Shown here: positions 23,336 through 33,336 of the stretch, in pieces
Position numbering within the stretch: the stretch's first letter is position 1
How the letters are laid out: every line of letters begins with the position of its first letter
Source of the DNA: Hemiscyllium ocellatum
Lineage: Eukaryota
Length of the DNA stretch: 64,000 nucleotides
Assembly: GCF_020745735.1 (NCBI RefSeq)
Contig: NC_083435.1
Location: 36,915,090 to 36,979,089 of the forward strand
Direction: 5' to 3'
The notes under the pieces: model-generated
Seen by the model: the letters and a program-made list of their open reading frames with translations, nothing else
The model's database searches: none
What the model was told of the DNA's origin: nothing
Translations under genes and position numbers: made by a program

Positions 23336-23882
23336 TGTCTATGATCGGGCTATAAAGAAATTCAGAGCAACAGTTACTTTCAGGGGAACTGTCATTGGTC
23401 AGCCATTCCCCCACCACTGCTGTGAGTGTGCAGGGAGCTCCCCCAGCCCAGCAGGTCATGCAGAAAGGTCACTGTTGATTTTGAGAACTTCAGTCTCCTC
23501 TGGTATGACAGCTCTGATATTGCTCAGTCCTCCATTCTAACTCTGTGCCCACAGTTAAGTGCATAAGGCCTTCTGGATATGTCCTGTAGCATCAGCAGCC
23601 CCCTCACCCCGTGCAGGTCAGGCACCATCAATGATACCATGTTGATCCTGACCCGGGATGTTTGGCTTTACCCCTCTCCTACTCCTTGTTCTCATTCCTC
23701 CTTCTTTAAACAGCCTCCGGTGATGGAGTAATCAGGAAAACAATGTGAAATTCCGCCTGGCATTTCCATACACTCAGGACAGAGCACTGTATTCAGGTCA
23801 TAGTTGGAGGTAAGGTCAGGGTCAAGAACTGTAGCTCGCAATTTCTTTATAAAAGCAAATTACTGCGGATGCTGGAATCTGA

Positions 23883-24082
23883 AACCAAAAGAGAAAATGC
23901 TGGAAAATCTCAGCAGGTCTGGCAGCATCTGTAAGGAGAGAAAAGAGCTGACGTTTCGAGTCTAACTGACTCCTTGTCAAAGCTTTGACAAAGTGTTGGT
24001 TAGACTCGAAACGTCAGCTCTTTTCTCTCCTTACAGATGCTGCCAAACCTGCTGAGATTTTCCAGCATTTTCTCTTTTGGTT
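23883..24082. mobile_element. 200-bp foldback (100-bp inverted arms) derived from PLE termini
   Basis: Arms are reverse complements with 5 mismatches; centre palindrome ttgtcaaagctttgacaa. Confidence 0.92.
23946..23984 (-). ncRNA. Minimal hammerhead ribozyme motif with U3-A8 variant core
   Basis: Minus strand AGCT-TTGACAA-G-GAGTC agtta GACTC-GAAAC-GTC-AGCT; perfect 5-bp stem II; predicted cut between 23950 and 23949. Confidence 0.65.
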
Positions 24083-24559
24083 CCTGTTTCATCCTGTCTG
24101 GCTTCGGATCTCCTCTCTTTAACTGGTTCTATTTTTCGGACATGACCAATTGGTATTTCTGCTGTTTGACTTCATGAAATTAAACTTTGTTAAACACGAC
24201 AAATATTGTCAACCATTTTTCAATCTTGGCAGAATTCATTTTTTGTGGGTCTTTTTCCATTTAGTAGACTGTTGTTAGAAAGAGATTGTTTTGCTAACCC
24301 ATCAGAGTGTTTTATTCCCATTCCCTGATTGGAATTGGGTCAGCAGATTCCCAGAATGTTGCTGATCCTTTTTATTCCATCTTCCTGTGTTTTTCCTGGG
24401 TCTCTGCCTGGGAGTAGACAATGAAGGTAAGGGATAGAACAGGTGAATGTCTTTATGCACCAAGGAATTATAAAAAATTGGGAAATTTACCAGTAGAACA
24501 AATTGAAAGGCTTTGTATTGAAATGCATGAAGCATTCAAAACAAAATGAATGAAATACT

Positions 24560-27500
24560 GGCACAAATAGAAACAAACAATACAATTTGGTAATGATTAC
24601 TGAGACATGGTTACAAGGAGGCTAGGTCTGGGAATTGAATATCCAAGGGTACTCAGCATTTTGGAAAGATAGACTGAAAGAAAAGGAGGCGGCATGGCCT
24701 TGCTAGTGAAGGAAGAGATCAGTGCTGTAATGAGAATTTACATCAGCAAGGGAGATCAAGATGTGGAGTCAGTCCGGGTAGAACTAACAAATAATAAAGG
24801 GAAGAAATACTTGGTAGGAGTAATCTATAGGGGCCTTCAGGTTAAGGCCTCCCTGTACATGGATGACGTCACCGTTTTCTGCTCGGATCCGCTGTTCATG
24901 TGCAGACTCATGTGCATACGTGATCAGTTTGAAAGGGCCTCAGGGGCCAAGGTAAACCAAGGCAAGATCGAGGCCATGCTCTTCGGGAACTGGGCCGACC
25001 AATCCTCGATCCCCTTCACCGTCAGGACCGACCACCTGAAGGTGCTGAGTATTTGGTTTGGGCCAGCGTATCAGAAACTGGGCAGATGGAAGCTATGGTC
25101 GCTCTCCATCGTGGGAAAAAACCTGGTGATCAGGTGTGAGGCACTGCCATTGCTATTGTACGTGGCACAGGTCTGGCCTATTCCCAGAAACTGTGCCACT
25201 GCAGTCACCCGGGCCATCTTCCAGTTTATATGGAGATCAAAGATGGACCGGGTCCGAAGGGACTCACTGTACAAAGATCTGGGCAATGGGGGAAAAAATA
25301 CACCCAATGCCACTCTCACCCTGATGGCCACCTTTGTGTCTGGCTGCATCAAGGTGTGCGTGGATCCCCAGTACGCAAACACCAAGTGTCACTGCGTACT
25401 GAGGTTCTACCTGTCCCCGTTGTTGCGAAGGATGGGCCTGGCCTCGCTGCCGCGGAACGCTCCGAGTAGTTGGAATGTTCCGTATGACCTGTCCTTTGTG
25501 GAGAAGTTTATGAAGAAAAACACGTTTGACCACAAGTCCATCAGGAAGTGGTCAGCACGTAGTGTCCTCGAGACTCTTCAGGAAAAGGTGAGGGCGGATC
25601 CTATCGAGCGGTTTCCTGAGCAGACTGTCAAAGCCATTTGGCAGAATGCCTCATTGCCAGAACTTTCCAACAAGCACCAAGACATGGCTTGGCTGGTGGT
25701 GAGAAGGGCTCTGCCTGTGAGATCCTTTAAGCACGCCTGGACTCTCAGCCGCACCGCACGCTGCCCTCGAAGCGGATGCGGGGGGACGAGACTGTCACAC
25801 ACCTCCTTTCGGAATGTGCCTATGCAGAGGAAGTCTGGAGAGGAATGCAGTGGTATTTGTCGAGGTTCGTCCCAAGCAGCGCCGTGACGCGGGACTCCAT
25901 GCTCTACGGTCTGTTCCCCGGGACACACACTGAGACGAACATCAACTGTGCCTGGAGGATCATCAACTCGGTGAACGGCGCTCTCTGGGCGGTCCGAAAC
26001 CTGTTGATCTTCCAGCTGAAGGAGTTGACCGCAACTGAGTGTTGCAGACTGGCACATTCCAAGGTCCAGGACGTGTTGAGGGACGCGCTGAAGCTTGGGG
26101 CAGCTGCCACCAAGGTGCGGTAGGGAAAGACCACCGTGTAACATCTGCCTGTCTAAAGAAGATCAGGGGGCCCATGCAGTCATTTGGGCTCTGCTGACAT
26201 TATGGGCATATGATTGAAAATGTACAGACCTGTATATAACAATGATAAATTCTGAGCTCTGTATGTAAATGGTTACATAAGTACGGCATGACCAACTGTA
26301 CAGACCATCAAATTATTTTATGGAAAAGTATATTTTTGAAATTTTAAAAAAGGCGGTATGCCCTTGCTCGTGAAGGAAGAGATCAGTGCTGTAATGAGAA
26401 TTTACATCAGCAAGGGAGATCAAGCTGTGGAGTCAGTCTGGGTAGAACTAACAAGTAATAAAGGGAAGAAGTACTTGGTAGGAGTAATCTATAGGTCCCC
26501 AAACAACAGCTTTGCAGTAGGGCACCATATAAAGCAGGAAATATGAAAGGCTTGCAAGAAAGGTACACCAATAATCATGCATGATTTTAACATGCAAATA
26601 GACTGGAAGAATCAAATTGGCAAGGGTAGCCTGGAGGCAGAGTTCATTGAATGTATGAGAGATTGTTTCTTGGAGCAGTATGTTGTGGAACCAACCAGGG
26701 AACAGGCTACTCTGGATTTGATATTGTGCAATGAGGAAACATTAATTGATGACATCACAGCGAAGGATCTCAAGGGAGTAAGGTAAGGTATACCACCTTG
26801 CAAAGGCCAATGGTAGGATGGAAGATTGGGAAACTTTCAAACATAAGCAAAGGGACACTGAAAAAATAATAAAAAGAGTGAAGGTAAATTACACAAGAAA
26901 TCTTGCACAAAAAATCAAAAAGGATAGCAAAAGCTTCTATAGGTATATAAAAGGAAAGAGAATCGCTAATGTGATTGTTGATCCCATGGAAGATGAAACC
27001 GGAGAGTTAATAATGGGGAACACTGAAATGGCAGAGATGCTAAATGAATAATTTACCTCAGTTTTCACATTGGAGGACAATAGTACTATTCCTGTTGAAA
27101 TGGGCAGGTCAGAGGCAATAGAAAGGGTAGAGCTTAGAATAAGCAACATCAATAGGGTATTGGGATTGAGGACAGAGAAGGCCCCTGTGCCTGATGGCCT
27201 ATGTCCTAGGGGATTAAAGGAACTGGCAGTGGAGATCATAAATGCATTAGTTGCAACATTCTGAAATTCTCTGGACACAGGAAATGTTCCAGTGGAAGAA
27301 AAATGGTGACTATCGTGTCCTTATTCAAAAAGGGAAGGAGGCAAAATGAGGGAAATTACAGACCAGTTAGTTTAACATCTGTTGTTGGGAAAGCGTTAGA
27401 ATCAGTTATCAAGGAAGCAATATCGGGACATTTGGAAAGTCAAAACCTCCGAGTCAGCATGGTTTTATGAAGTGCAAATCACGTTTGACTCATTTGTTGG

Positions 27501-28720
27501 AGTTTTTTGAAGAGGTAACAAACAAGGTGGAGAATGGAGATGCTGTAGATGTAATTTATCTGGACATCTGGAAGGAATTTGGTCAGGTGCTGCACAAAAG
27601 GTTCATTCACAAGGTTGGATCATATGGGATGAGGGATAATTTATTAGCTTGGATAGATGACTGGCTAATGGACACACACCAGCGAGTCAGGATAAATCGT
27701 TTTTTCCCTGAATGGCAAGATGCAACTAGTGGGGAGTCACAGGGTTCGGTCATTGGACCCAGTGATTTGCAATCTATATTAATGACTTGGAAAGAGGGAT
27801 AGAAGCTTCTATAGCCAAAAATAAGCAGGACGATAAATTACAATGAGGAAAGAAGAACCTTACAAATCGATATAGATAGGTTAGAAGAGAGGGCCAAAAT
27901 AGGGCTGGAAGTGTTTAGCGTAGATAAGTGCGAGGTGATACCTTTGGGTCGAAAAAATGAGAAGGTGACCAATTATCTTAATAGGGAGAGACTTTAGGGT
28001 GCTCCGGGGCAGAGGGGGATCTTGGTATACTCATCCATGAGTCACAGAAAACCAGCATGTAAACACAGCAGATACTAAAGAAAGTGAATGGAATGTTAGC
28101 TTTATAGCTGAAGGAATAGAATATAAAGGGAAGGCCGTATTGTTGGAGCTATCCAAGGCATTGGTGAGACTGCACCTGGAGTATTGTGCACAGTTCTGGT
28201 CCCCTTATTTGAGGAAAGATGTAATGGCATGAGAGCTATTCAGAGAAGGGTCACTCGATTGATCTCGGAGATGAGGGGTTTGTTGTATGAAGCAAGATTG
28301 AACAGTTTCAGTCTATACTCTCCGGAATTTAGATGAATGAGGGGAGATCAAATTAACGTATTCGAGATGATGAAGATGTGGATAAAATAGACATGGAGTG
28401 GATGCTTCCACTTGTGTGACATTCGAAGACAAGAGGTCATCGTCTTAGGATGAGGGGGAGCAAATTTAAAACAGAGTTGAGGAGAAAATACTTCTCCCAA
28501 AGGGTTGTGAATCAGTGGAATTCACTTCACCAAAGTGCAGTGGATGCTGGAACAGTGAGTAAATTTAAGGAGGAGTTAGATAGATTTTTAATTGTTAATG
28601 GGGAGAAGGGTTATGGGGGGAAAGCAGGGAATTGGGAGTGAGGAGTATATCAGCCATGTTCAAATGACAGAACAGACTCAATGGGCCAAATGGCCTAATT
28701 CTGCTCCTATATCTTATGGA
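24560..28720 (+). mobile_element. CR1-type LINE ORF2 (APE endonuclease, RT, 3' UTR), decayed and interrupted by Tx1
   Basis: ITETWLQ..., GGGMALLVKEE, LVGVIYRSPN, MHDFNMQIDW, VEPTREQATLDLIL, EKAPVPDGL, LLEFFEEVT, SQGSV, LRRKYFSQRVVNQWN. Confidence 0.93.
24832..26350 (+). mobile_element. Tx1-type (L1 group) LINE, 5'-truncated at the RT YMDD motif
   Basis: ASLYMDDV, FERASGAKVN..K, LSIVGKNLVI, RCPRSGCG..ETVTHLLSEC zinc knuckle; A-rich 3' end at about 26345; about 90% similar by eye to 54781-56931. Confidence 0.9.
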
Positions 28721-28819
28721 TGACTTTCTGCTGTGCCTCCCAATTTACTCCCTGAAATCCCTGCCATTGCTGTTCCTACATCTTCCCTGCGGGGCTCACC
28801 TTCCAATCAATCAATTTTA

Positions 28820-29400
28820 CTCCTCTCCTGACCCTGTCTCACTCTCTCAGACACTGTTATAACCTCTCTCTCAGGTCTCACTCTCTCAGACACTGTTATA
28901 ACCTCTCAGGCTCAATTACTCCTCTCCTGACCTTGTCTTACCCTCCCAGACATTGCTATAACCTCTCAGACTCAATTCACACACACCCCCCCGACCCTGT
29001 TTTACCCTCCCAGACATTGTTATAACCTCTCAGACTCAATTCACCCCCCTTCCTGACCCTGTCTTACCTCCCAGACACTGTTACAACCTCTCAGACTCAA
29101 TTCACTCCCCTCCTGACCCTGTCACACTCTCTCAGACACTGTTATAACCTCTCAGACTCAATTCACACCCCTCCTGACCCTGTCGCACTCTCTCAGACAC
29201 TGTTATAACCTCTCAGACTCAATTCACTCCCCTCCTGTCCCTGTCTTACCCTCCCAGACATGGCTATAACCTCTCAGACTCAATTCACTCCTCTCCTGAC
29301 CCTGTCTCACTCTCTCAGACACTGTTAAAATCTTTCAGACTAATTTGACTCCTCTCCTGATCCTGTCTCACTCTCCCAGACATTGTTAAAACCTCTCAGA
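28820..29400. repeat. 61-bp minisatellite, about 9-10 copies
   Basis: Unit ccctgtctcactctctcagacactgttataacctctcagactcaattcactcccctcctga; gaccc at 29115 and 29176. Confidence 0.95.
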
Positions 29401-30504
29401 CCATTTTATCTCCTCAGCCTCTGATGCTCCAAATTAAACAGCCCCAAGTTATTCAGCCTCTCCCTGCACTCAAACCATCCAAACCTGGCAACATCCTTGT
29501 CAATCTACTCTGAACTCTTTCAAGTTTAACAACATTTTCTCCATAACATTGAGACGAGAACTGAATGCAGTGTTCCATAACTGGTCTAACTAATATCCTA
29601 TACAACCGCAACATGACATTCCAACTCCAACACACAATGCACTGACCCATGAAGGCAAGTATACCAAATGCCTTTTTCACTACCACATTAACCTGCATCT
29701 CCATTTTCAAGGAACTATAAATCTGCATTCCAAGTTCTGTTTGTTTATCAACATTCCCATGAGCCTACCATAAAAAGCATAGATCTTGCAACATCTCAGA
29801 TTTAACTAAAATAAACTCCATCTGCCACTTCTCATCCCATTGGTCTATCTAATCAAGGTGCTGTTGTGCTCCGAGATAACCTTCATCATTGTCCACTACA
29901 CCACCAATTTTGGTCATTTACAAATGTACTATCCATACCTCCCATCCTCACATTCAACTCATTGAGATAAATGATTTTAAAAAAAGTGGACCTAGCACTG
30001 ATCCATGCAGCATACTGCTGATCACAGGGCTCCAGTGCAAAAGACAACCTTCCACCACTACCCTCTATCTCCTACCTTCATGTCAATTGTGTATCAAATG
30101 CCTAGCTCTCCCTGGATTCCATGTGATCTAACCTTGCTCACCAGTCTACCATGCGGAACCTTGTTGAACACCTTGCTGAAGTCCATATTGACAGCATTGA
30201 CTGTTTTACCTTCATCAATCTTCTTTGTCACTTCTTCAAAAACCTCAAGTTAGTGAGACACTATTTCCATGCACAAAGCCATGTTGACTACCCTTAACCA
30301 GTCCTTGCCTTTCCAAATACATGTAGATCCTATCCCTCAGAATCCCCTCCAACAACATATCTAGCACTGATGTCAGGGTCACTGGTCTATAGTTTCTGCC
30401 ATTTCCTCACCACCATTCTTAAATTGTAGCACGATGTTAGCCATTCTCCATTCTTCCGGAGCCTCACCCCTGGCCATTGATGATACAAATATCTCAGCAA
30501 GGGC
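29400..30504 (-). mobile_element. Degenerate CR1 LINE (continues at 33185-33336 and 34467-34650)
   Basis: LYRILVRPVMEHCIQF..KLERVQSRLTRMLPGL; RT-region remnants resume after the ERV and PLE insertions. Confidence 0.85.
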
Positions 30505-30884
30505 TGTTGAGGTCTTTTATTGATCTGAAACAAGACTCAGACAAATAATTCATTGGTCCAAACCTATCCTTATTTTTCTTGGATGTGTGCAAGGGGAGAG
30601 TACCTATTCCAACAAGCAATTCAAATACACTCTTGTTATAACATATACATGGAAAAATCTCTACATAGCTATTCAGAAAAGCAGTAATTGCAAAGACGTG
30701 ATAATGGGCCTCACTGATAAGAAATAAATGCGAGTGCAATTCATTGGGGCTGTTTGTTCTTTTCCAGACAATCTGCCTTTCTCAGAGATTCTGGCCAAAA
30801 TGATGTCTGCTTTTGACAAAAAACACATTAGTTATTATCAGTACTAAATTTAATTATCCATCTATTCTATCTTTCACATTGACT

Positions 30885-31095
30885 TGGGAATCAGTTCAGC
30901 TCAGTTGGCTGCATTGTCAGTTTACAGAGTAGTATGACAGCAACAGCATGGGTTCCATTCCCATCACAGGTTTAAGGTTACCATGAAGGGATCTTCCCTT
31001 GCGTGAGGTTTGGTGGCCCTTAGGTTAGACCACCACCAGTCACTTCTCTCCCTAATGAGAGAGCAGCCTCTATGGTCTGATAAGACAGTGGTGAC
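30885..31095 (+). mobile_element. tRNA-derived SINE inserted in the 3' LTR
   Basis: cagctcagttggctg...gggttccattcc...ggttaccatgaagg...gagagagcagcctctatggtctg; absent from the 5' LTR; related copy at 49870-50030 (minus). Confidence 0.7.
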
Positions 31096-31136
31096 ACAAC
31101 AACATACTGGCTTCTACATCACTGTGATCTCCCACA

Positions 31137-31149
31137 TTCTCCCCCTTTT
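31137..31149 (-). other. Polypurine tract AAAAGGGGGAGAA
   Basis: Immediately precedes the TGTGGG LTR start, 22 nt after the env stop codon. Confidence 0.85.
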
Positions 31150-31171
31150 GTCCTGAAAGGATAAGGAAATG

Positions 31172-31612
31172 TTAAATCTGGATGGGACCCAGTTCCCTCA
31201 GGGCTAACTGTTGGTTTTCTGAGGCAAGGACCAAACCTACAGCCTGTTGGACCATCATTGCGGCAGTCATCGCGTCTTTGAAAAGGGAGGTGCAAAAGGT
31301 TCTACTGCAGGAGGTCAGAACCAAGGTGACAATAATAAAGAATAGGATCCCAAGCACCCATTGTACAAAGGAGCTCCCCCAGCCCCTTATCAAGGAATGG
31401 AGGCAGCTGAATGGCCCCCAGGTGCCTCTGTGTAATTCCTCCCCTAAATTCCTGACCTTATCTGCTTCTGTCTGGATATGGACAGCAAGATCGGTGAGGT
31501 TTTCAGAGGAGTCCAGGTTGGAGGTGCAACATGCTGATCCGAAGAGAACACAAGTGCCACTTTTTAAAAACCACATCAAAATAGATACTGATCTAACCAC
31601 CATATAATTCAA
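31172..31612 (-). pseudogene. env: Retroviral env TM-subunit remnant (gamma/epsilon-type)
   Basis: CX6CC motif (CVLFGSACC), heptad-like region ENLTDLAVHIQTEADKVRNL, membrane anchor WVLGILFFIIVTLVL and cytoplasmic tail. Confidence 0.85.
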
Positions 31613-31879
31613 CCATCTTAGTATTGCCCTCTTTTTAACATTTTCTGGTAGTTTTGATTAATTTTCCTGTTAACACTGGCTGGAAGTCCAACATATGCAG
31701 GCGCCATTGTAAACAGACACAATTAACTATTTCAGAGCCCAAACCATCTCACTTTTTGAATTATAACACAACATCAATTCAAAAGAAAACTTAAAATCAT
31801 CAAAATGAAAAGCAAATGACAAACTTAAATTCAACAAAACACGTATATGTCAGATGTAAGGGTCAGTATGCTCAGAGAG

Positions 31880-32270
31880 GTCAAAATGGTACAGTAAGGG
31901 AGGGGTAAGGGAGTGAGCAGACCGCACTTTAGAAACTGGAATGGTACATTATGGGAGGGGTAAAGGGTGAGCAGACAGTACTTTAGAAGATGGAATGGTA
32001 CAGTAAGGGAGGGGTAAGGAAGTGAGCAGACAGCACTTTAGAAGATGGAATGGCACAGTAAGGGAGGGGAAGTGAGCAGACAGCACAGCAGTAAGGGAGG
32101 GGTAAGGGAGTGAGCAGACAGCACTTTAGAAGCTGGAAGTGGTACAGTAAAAGAGGGGTAAGGGAGTGAGCAGACAGCACTTTAGAAGCTGGAATGGTAC
32201 AGTAAAGGAGGGGTAAGGGAGTGAGCAGACAGCACTTTAGAAGCTGGAATGGTACAGTAAGGGAGGGGTA
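31880..32270. repeat. About 55-bp tandem repeat, about 7 copies, in the ERV leader
   Basis: gcagacagcactttagaag(c/a)tggaatggtacagtaagggaggggtaagggagtga. Confidence 0.95.
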
Positions 32271-32505
32271 CGAGCTAAATCTCCCAAGACTGGGCCCGTG
32301 GGACTTGCCAACATAAAGGCAGTTCGGAAGTGATCCCTGTTGGTCACAGTGCCTTGTTAGAGGCAACAGGCAGCAGCAGCTGCAGCAGTGCACTGTCCAA
32401 GGACGGAACCCACTTGGTGATCAAGGGTAGCTACTTGCCGGCTCAGGATTCCATCTCGGAGTGCTGCAGAATTCCCCGCTGTTGTTTCTCCACAAACAGC
32501 AAGCG

Positions 32506-32523
32506 GTTTCCATGGAGCCTCCA
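32506..32523 (-). other. Primer-binding site, tRNA-Thr-like (TGGAGGCTCCA...)
   Basis: Begins a few nt after the 5' LTR end; TGGAGGC is complementary to the GCCUCCA 3' end of tRNA-Thr. Confidence 0.65.
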
Positions 32524-32581
32524 ATTAAAACTGGAGGTCTTTTATTGATCCAAAACAAGACTCAGGTCAATGATTCATTGG

Positions 32582-32782
32582 ACAAAAGTGAGGACTGCAG
32601 ATGCTGGAGATCAGAATCAAGATTTGAGTGGTGCTGGAAAAGCCCAGCAGGTCAGGGAGCATCCGAGGAGCAGGAAAATCGACAGTTTGGGCAGGATGAA
32701 GTGCTTCTGCCCAAAACATTGATTTTCCTGCTCCTCGGATGCTGCCTGACCTGCTGTGCTTTTCCAGCACCACTTTAATCTT
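32582..32782. mobile_element. PLE-derived foldback element with 16-bp TSD
   Basis: gtcaatgattcattgg at 32566-32581 and 32783-32798; inverted arms aaagcccagcaggtcagggagcatccgaggagcaggaaaatc / gattttcctgctcctcggatgctgcctgacctgctgtgcttt. Confidence 0.88.
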
Positions 32783-33336
32783 GTCAATGATTCATTGGTC
32801 CAAACTGATCTTTAATTTTTTTTTGTATGCAGGCAAGGGGAGAAACCAATTTACATAACAAGTCACAACTAAAACAAGCAATTCAAGATACATTCTCTCA
32901 TAACATAAACTTGGGAAAATCTCTACGTGACTGGTCAGAAAAGCAGTCAGGACAGAGTTGTGATAATGGGCCGAACTGACAGGATGTAAATGCTGGTGCA
33001 GTTCTGTGGGACTCTTTCCCTGACAATCTGCCTTTCTCTGAGATTCTGGCCAAAAAGGTCTCTCCTTGTTTACACTGTAACTTTCTGCTTCTGGCAAAAA
33101 GCAATTGGTTATTGTCAACACTAAATTTAATCCTCAATCTATTCTATCCTTCATTCTGGCTTCTAAACACTCTAATCTTCCACAATTCCTGGCTATCCAT
33201 GACACATGTTTCTCAACAAAGGCCCTGCATTCACTTCTCTATATTCCCACAAAGTTCTGGGATACACGTGATCAGGTCCCAGGGATTTGTCCATGTTTGT
33301 GCATTTTAGAAATCCAGCACCTCCTCCTCTGTAATA

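Larger units (their letters stand above)
30505..33184 (-). mobile_element. Internally deleted endogenous retrovirus (5'LTR-PBS-leader-env 3' end-PPT-3'LTR)
   Basis: Two homologous LTRs (about 32530-33184 and 30505-31136), both starting TGTGG(A/G)AGAT and with AATAAA near their ends; PBS, env TM and PPT lie in the correct order between them. Confidence 0.85.

Noticed and set aside
28820-29400. CRISPR-like array (also 11385-11500, 31880-32270, 54150-57370)
   Set aside because: Units are contiguous tandem repeats with no unique spacers and no cas genes; the context is eukaryotic.
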